A DNA stretch of 64,000 nucleotides from Candidatus Heimdallarchaeota archaeon (GCA_016839945.1 JAEOTE010000108.1:25966-89965); one strand, 5' to 3'; positions 1 through 10,402 are shown, numbered from the stretch's first letter. Made by a program: numbers and translations. Notes: generated from the sequence alone by a model not told the origin.

Positions 1-991
1 CACTAGCATGGATATATCTACAAGGTACAGCAACAACACCTGATGGTATTCCAGACCTTGTCAATGAAATACTACCTGCATCTGTTCCACCTGTTACTGA
101 TTTCTTGTATTGCCATTTTATATCATCTATTTCTGCTGCTTTTTTTATTCGATCAATGATTGTTTTTGGAACAATTAGTGATCTATCAGCTGTTGTAATT
201 GCTGGGCCTTCACCAATCTTTGTAGATACTTTTGGAATACTAACGTTGGGTACATCATTTGCTGATGTATTTTCGATTGCCAGTGCTATGTTTGGTTCAA
301 GTGTATATGCTGCAGCTTTGGCTCCTCTTAATCCCACTTCTTCTTGTACTGCAAAATTGATTAAAAGTGTATTTGGTATTTTCTCCCCTTTTAGTGATTC
401 TAGAACCTGGAGTATAATATTGCATCCTGTTCTATCATCAAAGGCTTTTCCTAATAGAATATCTTCATTCAACTGAATACATTCAATGTAGAAAGTTCCT
501 ACTGAACCTATATCTAATTTCCTTTCTATAACCTCTTCTTTTGTTTTGCAACCGATATCAACAAACATCTCAGTTATGTCTGGAACTTTTTCTCTCTCAT
601 CTGGTTTGGTGAAATGAGGTGGTGTTGAACTAACAACTCCAATTGTACGTTCTCTGTCCTCGTTTTGAAATTGTAATAAAGTGCTTAACATTAATCGTTT
701 ATCTACCCCTCCTAAGGGAGTTATATAGATGAATCCATCATCAGAAATATGAGTAATCATAAAACCTACTTCATCAACATGAGCATCTAGTAGAATCCTT
801 AGTCCATTTGGATCTGAACCTTCCTTTATTGCTAAAACATTACCTAAGGGATCTATCCAAGCTTTATCTACATCAAGTTGCTCGAGTTTGAGGAGTAAAT
901 AATCTGTCACCTCTTCTTCACGTCCAGGGCACCCTATTAGATTGCTCAGCTCCTTCTGTATTGTTATAATATTTTCACGATTCACATTCAT
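1..991 (-). CDS. M42 family (TET-like) metallo-aminopeptidase, 3'-truncated by the window edge
   Basis: Manually translated (absent from ORF track): MNVNRENIITIQKELSNLIGCPGREEEV, LDAHVDEVGF, FDDRTGC, TVQEEVGLRGA, GTDAG, VPCRYIHAS; all M42 metal-ligand motifs present. Confidence 0.93.
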   Translation of the reverse strand, partial: MNVNRENIITIQKELSNLIGCPGREEEVTDYLLLKLEQLDVDKAWIDPLGNVLAIKEGSDPNGLRILLDAHVDEVGFMITHISDDGFIYITPLGGVDKRLMLSTLLQFQNEDRERTIGVVSSTPPHFTKPDEREKVPDITEMFVDIGCKTKEEVIERKLDIGSVGTFYIECIQLNEDILLGKAFDDRTGCNIILQVLESLKGEKIPNTLLINFAVQEEVGLRGAKAAAYTLEPNIALAIENTSANDVPNVSIPKVSTKIGEGPAITTADRSLIVPKTIIDRIKKAAEIDDIKWQYKKSVTGGTDAGSISLTRSGIPSGVVAVPCRYIHAS

Positions 992-1119
992 TTTAAACTC
1001 ACTTTAGTATTTGTAGTAGTCATTTAAAAGTTTCTTCAAAGCAACTATAACTTATTCACTGGAAAATTCGATGAGTAGTAATCTTTATTTAATGATTTTT
1101 TTCAAGGTTTTTGATAAAT

Positions 1120-1920
1120 ATGAAAATCGTTGTGTTCATAAGTCAAATTGTCAACCCTCAAGTTAAACTACAAGGTGTTGATTACTTTGATTCATCACGA
1201 GTAAATGAAGATGATTTAATTATCAACCCATATGGAAAGAATGCTATAGAAGGTGCTTTAAAACTTAAGGAAATACTAGGTGCAGACGTTACAGCTGTCT
1301 GTTCTAAAGGTTTAAAGCCTAATAAAGCTCTTCGAGAAGCAATCGCAATGGGTTGTGATAATGCAATAGAAGTTGCAGATGAAACATTTTACACAGAAGA
1401 TCCACTAATTTTAGCTAAAATTTACACTAATATCTTAGAAAAAATAGAAGAATTTGATTTAGTTCTTCTTGGGGTTGAAGAACAATCTACTAGTTCTTAC
1501 GCAACTGCTGCAATGCTAGCAGAAAAACTCAATCTCCCAAGTGTGCTTTACGCAGAAGAAATAGAAATTCAAGGAGATAAATTAAGAGTTGGTCATGTTT
1601 TAGAAGGTGGAAGAAAAATTGTTGAAATGCCTATGAAAGGAATTATCAGTTGTAGTGATAGTCAATTTTTCATTCCAAGATATACAACTATGAAAGGTAT
1701 CTTAAACGCAAAAAGAGCTGAAATTCCTATCTGGAATGCAGCTGATATTGGAGTTAGCGCAAGTGTTGTTGGAGAAGAAGCAGCTTCTCTTAAACAAATA
1801 TCTCTTTCTAATATAGTTATTGAAAAAGAAAGCTTCATCATAAAGGAAGGGGAACCTGAAGAGCAAGTTGATAAACTTCTTGCGAAATTGAAAGAGGATG
1901 GAGTTAAACTAGGAGTGTGA
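1120..1920 (+). CDS. etfB: Electron transfer flavoprotein beta subunit (FixA)
   Basis: INPYGKNAIEGAL, ALREAIAMGCD, PRYTTMKGILNAK; directly upstream of ETF alpha. Confidence 0.9.
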   Translation: MKIVVFISQIVNPQVKLQGVDYFDSSRVNEDDLIINPYGKNAIEGALKLKEILGADVTAVCSKGLKPNKALREAIAMGCDNAIEVADETFYTEDPLILAKIYTNILEKIEEFDLVLLGVEEQSTSSYATAAMLAEKLNLPSVLYAEEIEIQGDKLRVGHVLEGGRKIVEMPMKGIISCSDSQFFIPRYTTMKGILNAKRAEIPIWNAADIGVSASVVGEEAASLKQISLSNIVIEKESFIIKEGEPEEQVDKLLAKLKEDGVKLGV

Positions 1921-1921
1921 T

Positions 1922-2887
1922 ATGAAGATGAAAGCGTTAATATTCTTACAAATAAGAGAAGATCTTGTTGAAGAAAATACTCTAGGAATCCTTAATAAAT
2001 TAATTGAAACCAATCCAAGCATTGAAATTCATGGAGCTCTCTTAAGAGATCAAATTAAGAGTGAGTGGGTTGAGGAAGCTGGAAAACATGGAGTTAAAAA
2101 AATCCATACTGTGAAAGCATCTGAACTAGAAGTATATCTAAGTATACCCTATGTAAAATCTATGCTTGAAATCATAAAAGATATTGAACCAAATCTAGTT
2201 ATAGCTGCTGGTACAGTATATGGTGAGGATCTAATTCCTAGACTTGCAGTACAACACGGAGTTTCATGTGCAGAAAGAATCACTGATATTACTTTTGATA
2301 GTGGAGAAATTATATTCCATTCTCCTGTCAGAGACGATCAAGTAATGAAAGCAACTAAAATTGTTGGACCAATCAAATTTGCAACTACTAGAACAGGAGC
2401 TTTCTTTGTAAATGAGAATCCATCTGGTAGTTCTCCAGAGGTAACAGAAGTATCAGTTACTTTTGATGAAGATGATATGGTTGTAAAACATATTGAAATC
2501 AAAAAAGCTGAGAGAACTGTAAATCTTAAAGATGCAAAAGTAATTGTTGCAGGTGGTCGTGGAGTTGGAGGAAAAGAAAACTTCCAAATAATCAAAGAAA
2601 TCGCTAAATTGCTTGATGGTGAAATTGGAGCGACAAGAGCATGCACAGATGTTCATTGGATAGAAGAAACATATGAAATTGGGCAAACAGGTCAGTCTGT
2701 TTCTCCAGATTTGTACATTGGTGCAGGAATCAGTGGAGCTCCTCAACATATGTCAGGAATTAAAGCAAAAACATTGATTGCAATTAATACTGATGAAGGT
2801 GCTCCAATCTTTAATTATGCTGATTATGGTATAGTTGGAGATATGCACTTGATTTTACCAATTTTAAAGAAGAAGTTAGAAGGATAG
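1922..2887 (+). CDS. etfA: Electron transfer flavoprotein alpha subunit (FixB)
   Basis: LKDAKVIVAGGRG, IGQTG, LYIGAGISGAPQH, AINTD, APIFNYADYGIVGD. Confidence 0.95.
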   Translation: MKMKALIFLQIREDLVEENTLGILNKLIETNPSIEIHGALLRDQIKSEWVEEAGKHGVKKIHTVKASELEVYLSIPYVKSMLEIIKDIEPNLVIAAGTVYGEDLIPRLAVQHGVSCAERITDITFDSGEIIFHSPVRDDQVMKATKIVGPIKFATTRTGAFFVNENPSGSSPEVTEVSVTFDEDDMVVKHIEIKKAERTVNLKDAKVIVAGGRGVGGKENFQIIKEIAKLLDGEIGATRACTDVHWIEETYEIGQTGQSVSPDLYIGAGISGAPQHMSGIKAKTLIAINTDEGAPIFNYADYGIVGDMHLILPILKKKLEG

Positions 2888-2956
2888 ACTTATTCCTTTC
2901 TTTTTTCCTTTATTTTATAAAAAAAGTTTAAATAAATTCATTTTGAGTTATCAGCT

Positions 2957-3640
2957 GTGAAAGGCATTTTTCGAAATGAAAGAATCAAGGAATTAGAGAA
3001 CAATCGAACACCTGTAAAATTCCTTGAAAACGCGAAAATTGTATTGCATATTATTCCTGAAGAATCAACAAAAATAGATAAGCTGTACAACATTGAGATA
3101 ATAACCAGAAGTCCTTCTAGATTGGAACCCATAAAAGCTATGGGTATTGAATCAAACCATACTTTTGATGGTTTCTTAACACAGACTCAAGATCTTTCAG
3201 GTATTGCACGCTCCTATGTTCATCTTTACAAAAATGGTATAATAGAGGCTGTAGAAGGTAGTATTCTCAAGCCAATTGTAAATCGACTTGAAATTCCAAG
3301 TGTTGATCTTGAAAAAGAAATAATTGAAACTTTTCCTAGATATGTTCAAGTTTTAAAAACTATAGAAGCTGAAACTCCTATTACACTTTTCCTAACCTTG
3401 GTAGGTGTAAAAGGGTATATTTTGAAACTCAATAAGGAGATTTTAGGAGCTAATCCAACACCTATTGAAGAAGATACTTTAAAACTTGCAGATATTTTTG
3501 TTGAAGATTATGATGAATTCATAATAATTCCAAGATTGCTTCAACCATGGTTTGATGAAATTTGGCAAGCTTGTGGATTATTCAAATCATTCAATTATGA
3601 TGAAGAAGGAAATTGGGGACAAGGTTTAAACATGAATTAG
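2957..3640 (+). CDS. Hypothetical protein resembling the C-terminal domain of AlbA/Schlafen-family proteins, without the AlbA domain
   Basis: Motifs KIVLHIIP, FDGFL, SYVHLYKNGIIEAV, LTLVGVKGY, FDEIWQACG, NYDEEGNW recalled from that family; own TATA-like element near 2927. Confidence 0.55.
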   Translation: MKGIFRNERIKELENNRTPVKFLENAKIVLHIIPEESTKIDKLYNIEIITRSPSRLEPIKAMGIESNHTFDGFLTQTQDLSGIARSYVHLYKNGIIEAVEGSILKPIVNRLEIPSVDLEKEIIETFPRYVQVLKTIEAETPITLFLTLVGVKGYILKLNKEILGANPTPIEEDTLKLADIFVEDYDEFIIIPRLLQPWFDEIWQACGLFKSFNYDEEGNWGQGLNMN

Positions 3641-3702
3641 TAAACAATCGACAAAATTTGCTTATTCGCATAATTTATAAATCAAATTTCAATCGAAACC
3701 TA

Positions 3703-4995
3703 ATGACTAATGATTATGATTTTGATGTAGCTGTGATAGGTGGAGGACCAGCTGGAATTGCGACTGCTCTTACTCTTGCTAAAGCTGGAGTAGAAGTTGT
3801 TGTTCTAGAGAGAGGTCAATATCCTGGAGCTAAAAATGTTAGCGGAGCCGCATTATATGGTCCTGTTCTAAACAAACTTATTCCTAATTACTGGGAAGAA
3901 GATTCTTTTGAAAGAAATCTTATTTCTAAGAAAATAACTTTACTTTCTGATATACGTTCTATGACTATTGATGTCAACTTGAAAGATTTCAATGAACCGC
4001 CATATAATGGAATATCTGTTATTCGTCCAAAATTTGATAGGTGGTTAGCTGGTAAAGCCGAAGAAGCTGGAGCTATGATCCTTCCTGATTCCATAGTTGA
4101 CGATTTTGTTTGGGATGATAAACAGATTTGTGGAGTAAAGTCTGGAGATGAGGAATTAAGGACAAAACTTGTGATTATTGCTGAAGGTTCTAATAATATT
4201 CTTACTGAAAAAGCTGGTTTAGCAAAAAAACCAAATCCTCAACATCATGCAGTGGGAATGAAAGAAACTTATGAATTATCTCAAAAACAAATTGAAGCAA
4301 GATTTCAAATCTCTGGAAAAGAAGGGATCAGTAATGAGATTTTGGGATATACAAAGGGAATTCCTGGAGGAGGATTTTTCTATACAAACAAAAATACATT
4401 ATCTTTTGGATTAATTCTTAACTTGAAAGATTTAGTTCAACAAAAACTTAAAGCATTTGAAGTTTTAGAATACTTCAAATCTCACCCATATATTCAAAAT
4501 CTACTCAAAGATGCAAAGATGATAGAATATTCAGCTCACACTATTCCTGAAGGAGGGTTTAAACATATGTCTAAACTTTACGGGAATGGTGTTATGGTTG
4601 TAGGTGATGCTGCAGGTCTTGTTTTGAATGCAGGATTATACATTGAAGGGATCAATTTTGCACTAGAATCTGGAAGAATTGCAGGAGAAACTGCACTAAA
4701 AATTCTTGAAATAGGTGATTACTCTCGTAAGAATACAAAATTGTATCTTAAGAATATGAAAGAAAGTTTTGCTTACCAAGATATGAAAAAGTTCAAACGT
4801 GCTGCCAAATTCCTGGAAAACAAGAGAGTCTTTACAGTATATCCCGATATGCTAACAGGTTTAATGGAAAGAATTCTCAAAAATACTGGGAGACCTAGAA
4901 GAAGAATTCTTCTAACAGCAATTATTTATGTTCTGCGAAAAGCAGGAATTCTCGGTTTAGCAAAAGATGCAATAGGAGGATTGAGATCAATATGA
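3703..4995 (+). CDS. fixC: FAD-dependent ETF:quinone oxidoreductase FixC
   Basis: GGGPAG Rossmann motif, ERGQYPGAKNVSG, RPKFDRWLA, AHTIPEGG, VGDAAG; ATG at 3703 preferred to the TTG at 3613. Confidence 0.93.
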   Translation: MTNDYDFDVAVIGGGPAGIATALTLAKAGVEVVVLERGQYPGAKNVSGAALYGPVLNKLIPNYWEEDSFERNLISKKITLLSDIRSMTIDVNLKDFNEPPYNGISVIRPKFDRWLAGKAEEAGAMILPDSIVDDFVWDDKQICGVKSGDEELRTKLVIIAEGSNNILTEKAGLAKKPNPQHHAVGMKETYELSQKQIEARFQISGKEGISNEILGYTKGIPGGGFFYTNKNTLSFGLILNLKDLVQQKLKAFEVLEYFKSHPYIQNLLKDAKMIEYSAHTIPEGGFKHMSKLYGNGVMVVGDAAGLVLNAGLYIEGINFALESGRIAGETALKILEIGDYSRKNTKLYLKNMKESFAYQDMKKFKRAAKFLENKRVFTVYPDMLTGLMERILKNTGRPRRRILLTAIIYVLRKAGILGLAKDAIGGLRSI

Positions 4996-5303
4996 GCAAA
5001 GCAAAAAAACCAATGACTATAGAAGAGAAATTAGATTTAACTAAGTTTACTTCAGATCAAAATTATGCGCATATAACTATAAATCCAGAGATATGTAAAA
5101 CTAAATGCACAACATATGATTGTGTATATGGATGTCCAGCAAACTGTTACAAATTCACCGAAGGAGAAGATGCAGAAGGTCCTGTTTCTTTTGATTACAT
5201 CGCATGTTTAGAATGTGGAACATGCAGAATCGTTTGTCCTCATGAGAGTGTTGACTGGAATCATCCAAAAGGTGGATTTGGTGTAGAATTCAAACACAGT
5301 TAG
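4992..5303 (+). CDS. fixX: Ferredoxin-like protein FixX
   Basis: CPANCY, CLECGTCRIVC, WNHPKGGFGV; ATGA overlap with fixC. Confidence 0.93.
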   Translation: MSKAKKPMTIEEKLDLTKFTSDQNYAHITINPEICKTKCTTYDCVYGCPANCYKFTEGEDAEGPVSFDYIACLECGTCRIVCPHESVDWNHPKGGFGVEFKHS

Positions 5304-5387
5304 TTTTTTCACATTTCTCTTTTCTTTATATTTTGAGAACACTTATTAGTACTTTTGCTAAAATTTCGTAGAGTAAGCTTTGAGTGA

Positions 5388-6530
5388 TTGACAATGGAAA
5401 GGAGAATTGTAGCATCAATTACAATAGTCGGAGTAATTCTCTTATCTCTGAATTTCAAGCACCCAACAATCAAATCTTTTATTGGAGATAATCAACCAGT
5501 AGGATCTTTGGTTTTATCCCTTACTCCTCATTTACCTTTCCAAATAACGCATGATGACAATTTTACACATTATGGATTTAGTGGATATGGAAATAAAAGT
5601 CACCCCTACATCATTGAAGATTATAGTATAATATCTTCTGATGCTTATGGTATTTACATCGAAAGAACTACTAAATTCTTTGTTATTCGTAATTGCTATA
5701 TAGACGTAGGAGAAAACGGTATTTACATTTTAGCTGTTGCTGATGGAACAGCTTCTATAATAAAAAATACATGTAAGAATAATGATTTTGGCATCAAGCT
5801 AATAAATACTTCACAGGCTGTTCTTGCTAATAATACTTGCACTAATAATGAGTTTAGTATCCAGTTGTATAGATCTCCAGATGCAAACATCACTTCAAAT
5901 ATTTGCATAAATAATGGTTTTCATGGGATTTATCTTGAAAATTGTCTTAGTCCTGTTTTGATTAATAATACTTGTAATAAAAACAACATCTGTGGAACAT
6001 TATTGTATGCTTCTTTTGGTGCATATTTTATAAACAATACTTGTTCAGATAATAGTCTCAATGGTATATATCTTGATGCGACTATGAATGCTCATATCAT
6101 AAATAATACTTTTGAAGGGAATATTCGCTATGGAGTAGAGCTTTCTATAAGTGATCTATGTTTTATTACATATAATGCTCTTCTAGATAACAATCTATAT
6201 GGAGTGTATTTAGAAGCAGGATCTGATAACAACGTTATTCATCACAATACTTTCCATAATAATAATCTTGGTGGAACTTCTCAAGCTTATGATGATGGGA
6301 ATAATAACCAATTTTATGAAATTGCTACAAATCAAGGGAATTATTGGTCAACTTGGTTATCTGGAAGTTATTCAATAGATGGAAGTGCTAATTCAGAAGA
6401 TCCTTATCCTTTAGGAGAACCTTTAGTCCCAGTTTTTGAGTATACACAGAAAAACATAGTCTTAATTTGTCTAGTATCTTTGGTAGCAATATTTTCTTCA
6501 GTTTTCAGAAAAGTGAGGAAAAAGAACTAA
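5388..6530 (+). CDS. NosD/CASH-type right-handed beta-helix surface protein with signal peptide and C-terminal membrane anchor
   Basis: Repeated xxNNTCxxNxxxGI units, SQAYDDG..GNYW..Y.IDG..D.YPL tail, hydrophobic ends. Confidence 0.8.
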   Translation: MTMERRIVASITIVGVILLSLNFKHPTIKSFIGDNQPVGSLVLSLTPHLPFQITHDDNFTHYGFSGYGNKSHPYIIEDYSIISSDAYGIYIERTTKFFVIRNCYIDVGENGIYILAVADGTASIIKNTCKNNDFGIKLINTSQAVLANNTCTNNEFSIQLYRSPDANITSNICINNGFHGIYLENCLSPVLINNTCNKNNICGTLLYASFGAYFINNTCSDNSLNGIYLDATMNAHIINNTFEGNIRYGVELSISDLCFITYNALLDNNLYGVYLEAGSDNNVIHHNTFHNNNLGGTSQAYDDGNNNQFYEIATNQGNYWSTWLSGSYSIDGSANSEDPYPLGEPLVPVFEYTQKNIVLICLVSLVAIFSSVFRKVRKKN

Positions 6531-6619
6531 AATCATTTTCAATTATTTATATCAAGAATTTCATCTCCTTTTATATCGAAAAAAGGTTAAATTACTGATA
6601 ATAGAAAAAGTGGATTGAC

Positions 6620-7861
6620 ATGAATATCCAGCCATTTAAAGCTAAAACACTTGTCAGAACAAGTTCTCAGACAGCTACTCATGTTCATCTCAATCCATAT
6701 CAAGGATGTTATCATAATTGTTCATACTGTTTTGGAAAATCTGATGAGTATTTCATGCACAAGGACTATGGTGAAAGAATTAGAGTTAAGATAAATGCTC
6801 CTGAGCTCCTAGAAGAGTATCTGAAGAAGAAAGGTTTTATTCCATATAACAGGGATAAAACGTCCACTCTAGTTGACTATATTTCATATTCAAATAATGA
6901 CATCAAATCAAGTCTCCCACCCAAGTTTGTAATAAGCATGTTTGGGAATGTTTGTGATGTTTACCAACCTGCTGAAAAAAAAGTAGAAATTACTAGAAAA
7001 TTACTGCAAATAGCATATGATTATGGATTTCCCGTAAGATTACTAACAAAAAGTAATCTCGTTCTTCGAGATATTGATCTTCTCAAGAAAATTCATCAAG
7101 ATTCTTATGCTCGTGTTGCAATTACTGTAACTCTCTATGATGAAGAAATGCAAAAGATATTTGAACCAAATGCCAGTCTAACATCAGAACGTTTTGATAC
7201 TGTAAAAAGATTGAGAGAAAACGGGATTTCATCTGGAATATATATAACGCCAGTTATACCATTCATTGGCGATAGCAGTGAAAATCTTTCACAGATTATT
7301 AGCAAAGCCAAAGAAGTTAATGCAGAATTTATTATCTCAGGAGGTCTAACTTTATCTCTAGGTAGAAACAAACAAGAATTTATGGATTCTATAAAAACAC
7401 ATTTTCCCGAATATCTGGAAAGATTCAAGCTTCTTTATGACAATAATGATAAATACGGACAGCCAAATTCCAAAATAGCTGAATCATACAATCTTTTAGA
7501 TCCCATCAAAAAAGGATATGAGCTCTGTAAAAGAAATAACATGTTTTTCTATGAACCAAGGATAATTCCAGAGGGACAAATTAATACAAATTTATTGATC
7601 GCCACTGCTCTGTATAGAATTGCATTTCTTCAAGAAAAAATCTACAAATCAGAAGAAATTAACATTAAAGAATATCATAAAGCTGCAAAATATTGTGAAT
7701 TATTACCTCAAGACATATCTTCAATGACAAATGGGGAAATTCAAACACTTCCTTTTTCAAGAGATATCACTGATATTATCTCAGAAATTGTTGACACGAA
7801 TAATTGCCAATTTCTCTCTTCAAAAAATGAATGGAAGGAACTTATAGCTACCAAAAATTAA
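6620..7861 (+). CDS. Radical SAM protein, SplB-like/Rv2578c DNA-repair-associated family
   Basis: NPYQGCYHNCSYC, DVYQPAE, LLTKS, RDIDLL, FEP. Confidence 0.85.
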   Translation: MNIQPFKAKTLVRTSSQTATHVHLNPYQGCYHNCSYCFGKSDEYFMHKDYGERIRVKINAPELLEEYLKKKGFIPYNRDKTSTLVDYISYSNNDIKSSLPPKFVISMFGNVCDVYQPAEKKVEITRKLLQIAYDYGFPVRLLTKSNLVLRDIDLLKKIHQDSYARVAITVTLYDEEMQKIFEPNASLTSERFDTVKRLRENGISSGIYITPVIPFIGDSSENLSQIISKAKEVNAEFIISGGLTLSLGRNKQEFMDSIKTHFPEYLERFKLLYDNNDKYGQPNSKIAESYNLLDPIKKGYELCKRNNMFFYEPRIIPEGQINTNLLIATALYRIAFLQEKIYKSEEINIKEYHKAAKYCELLPQDISSMTNGEIQTLPFSRDITDIISEIVDTNNCQFLSSKNEWKELIATKN

Positions 7862-7938
7862 TGTTTTTTCATTATTTTCTATTTAAATTACTATATTTCT
7901 TTGCGATAAGTTTTAAAAAACGATAGTATATTATTTTA

Positions 7939-8808
7939 TTGAGTTCGATGAGTGCATTGGATAAATTAAAAGAAATTATTCCCAAAGTAATTGTGGGATC
8001 AGCAAGATATCACACCTTTGATTCTATACCTGATGATTATCCAGTCAAGAATCTAGAATCACTTCTTTCTATGGTTACTAGATCTTATCACGCTGGTGCT
8101 GAAGGTTGTTTATTTTATCTTTACAATGATGAAATGGTGCAATTCCTCAATGTTCTAAATGATGAATTAAGTGAAATTAAAATTATGTTAATTATCAAAT
8201 TTGTAGACATTGGTGAAATAACTCGACTTATGGATAATTTGAATTTTTCACCTACTGCTTTATTCTTAGACTATAATCTCGCAGATCAAAGAGACAATGA
8301 TTTGCTAAATAAATACCTCAATGCTCTCTCAAAGTATTGTAAAAACATAGGGATTTATACTAAAGAGCCTATTGGGTCAGTATCGTTTTTCATAACATCT
8401 AATCCAAAAATTAATCTCTTTTTGCTTCCTTTTAACATGCTAGGTTTAGGATTACAAAACAGAAGCTTGATAGAAATGATAGTTAATTCTTCTGAAAATG
8501 TTTACATCGCCAGTAATCCTTTAGCTGAAGGAAAAATTAAACCAATACAAGCATTTGAATATGTGACAACTCATAGAGTTCATGGGTCTAATATAGAATT
8601 TCTAGAACTTGAGACAGTACTAGATTCAATCAAGTTTGCAAAGTATTTCTTAGAAACACATGATTTTCTACAGATTGCACTAGAATTTGAAGACCACAGT
8701 GAAGTATGCGAAACTTGCGGTTTAGGGATGTCAAGATATTATCCTCCTACAGGAGGAAGTTGGTGGTATTGCGCTCAATGCCAAGCTAAAAAAGAGTTAC
8801 CAGAGTAG
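7939..8808 (+). CDS. Degenerate aldo-keto-reductase-like barrel with C-terminal Zn ribbon
   Basis: LLPFNMLG and NPLAEGKIKPIQAFEY are AKR-like segments; C-terminal CETC...CAQC. Confidence 0.5.
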   Translation: MSSMSALDKLKEIIPKVIVGSARYHTFDSIPDDYPVKNLESLLSMVTRSYHAGAEGCLFYLYNDEMVQFLNVLNDELSEIKIMLIIKFVDIGEITRLMDNLNFSPTALFLDYNLADQRDNDLLNKYLNALSKYCKNIGIYTKEPIGSVSFFITSNPKINLFLLPFNMLGLGLQNRSLIEMIVNSSENVYIASNPLAEGKIKPIQAFEYVTTHRVHGSNIEFLELETVLDSIKFAKYFLETHDFLQIALEFEDHSEVCETCGLGMSRYYPPTGGSWWYCAQCQAKKELPE

Positions 8809-9393
8809 GTGGTACTCATAATTTCTTGCCCTTTTTGTGAAAAAGAACTGCCAGATGAAAGTGAATTTTGTGCTTATTGTGGTAAAAGAATAAGAGAAGA
8901 AACAATAGACTACATCAAAGAACCTCTTTCTACAAAAATCGAGAAAAGGTTTCAAAGGACATTAGAAACATTCAGAAGAGGTTTTTATTCATTGCTTTCT
9001 AACCTTGAACAAAGAGTAGAAAACTCTACTTCAATTTCTTATGTAAATAAGGAGAAAATTGTAAATACTATTAGACAATTCAAAGTGACTTCCACTGATG
9101 AATATAATGAGGAAGAAAAGGAAGAGATAAGAGAGTGGGCGAAATTTGTAGAAGAAGCTATATCTGGTAATAAATGTATAATCTGTTTACAAGAGTTTGA
9201 TATGAAGGATAAAGAAAAACTTGCTGTTATTTTGTGTCCCAATTGTAGCTATGCAGGGCATCCAAAGCATTTTGAAGATTGGTTAACAGAAAAATCTTCT
9301 TGCCCCATGTGTAGATCAGAATTGGACAAGAAATCACTAGTAAAAGGTTTCTTATCTATTAAGGAGAAACAATTGGTTTTCAGTTCAACATAA
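8809..9393 (+). CDS. N-terminal Zn ribbon plus C-terminal RING finger protein (putative E3 ubiquitin ligase)
   Basis: CPFC...CAYCG; CIIC-x16-CPNC-x4-H-x2-H..W..CPMCR. Confidence 0.8.
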   Translation: MVLIISCPFCEKELPDESEFCAYCGKRIREETIDYIKEPLSTKIEKRFQRTLETFRRGFYSLLSNLEQRVENSTSISYVNKEKIVNTIRQFKVTSTDEYNEEEKEEIREWAKFVEEAISGNKCIICLQEFDMKDKEKLAVILCPNCSYAGHPKHFEDWLTEKSSCPMCRSELDKKSLVKGFLSIKEKQLVFSST

Positions 9394-9483
9394 TTTGATT
9401 TTACTTTATTTTGCAAAAAACAGTGTGTCTATCACATCTTTTATAATTAAGCTATTTTTTTCTACTTTGGAAGAAAGATAAGA

Positions 9484-10401
9484 ATGATACCACAACATCT
9501 TTTCTCTGTTAGAAAAATATCCAGAGACTTTTTCCAAGAAATTTTCACTCTTGCTTCATCTATAGAAGAGAATCCTATTGTTTACGCAGATAAATGTAAT
9601 GGTAAATTATTGGCAACACTTTTTTTTGAACCTAGCACAAGAACAAGACTCTCATTTGAAAGTGCAATGCTAAGATTGGGAGGAAAAATTCTTGGGTTTA
9701 CTAGCGCAAAAACTAGTAGTGCTGTTAAAGGAGAAAGTATTGCAGATACAATCAGAATGATCAATCATTATGCTCATATTGCTGTTATTCGTCACTATAT
9801 AGAAGGGATTGGTCAAATAGCTGAAAAATTTGCTACTATTCCTTTTGTATCAGGAGGAACAGGAACGCAGGAACACCCAACACAAGCTCTCTTAGATCTC
9901 TATACAATTCAAAAGGAATTCAAGAATATTGATGGATTAAAAGTAGGAGTTATGGGAGATTTACTGTATGGGAGAACTATTCCCTCTTTACTCTTCTCAT
10001 TGGCAAAATACAATAATGTTGAAATAAATCTTATATCTCCACCTGCATTAAATCTGAGGAAAAATATTACGCTAAGACTTCAAGAGATGAACTGTGAATA
10101 CTCTACATTTGAAAACATAAGGGAAATTGTTGATGAATTAGATGTATTATATGTAACAAGAATTCAAAAAGAACGTTTTCCAGATCCAACTGATTATGAA
10201 AGGCTTAAAGGTATTTATCAAATAAAACCAGACGACATAAAGAATGCAAAAGAAAATATGATTATTCTTCATCCTCTACCAAGAGTAGATGAAATAGATT
10301 ATGAAATCGATAAGCTTAAACATTCAAGATATTTCGAACAAGCGCAAAATGGCGTGTGGGTTAGAATGGCTTTAATCTTAAAGTACTTGGAGATTGGTTA
10401 G
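9484..10401 (+). CDS. pyrB: Aspartate carbamoyltransferase catalytic subunit
   Basis: FFEPSTRTRLSFE, HPTQALLD, YVTRIQKERF, HPLPR. Confidence 0.98.
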   Translation: MIPQHLFSVRKISRDFFQEIFTLASSIEENPIVYADKCNGKLLATLFFEPSTRTRLSFESAMLRLGGKILGFTSAKTSSAVKGESIADTIRMINHYAHIAVIRHYIEGIGQIAEKFATIPFVSGGTGTQEHPTQALLDLYTIQKEFKNIDGLKVGVMGDLLYGRTIPSLLFSLAKYNNVEINLISPPALNLRKNITLRLQEMNCEYSTFENIREIVDELDVLYVTRIQKERFPDPTDYERLKGIYQIKPDDIKNAKENMIILHPLPRVDEIDYEIDKLKHSRYFEQAQNGVWVRMALILKYLEIG

Positions 10402-10402
10402 T

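Noticed and set aside
105-476. 123-aa plus-strand ORF in the track
   Set aside because: Antisense shadow of the M42 peptidase on the minus strand
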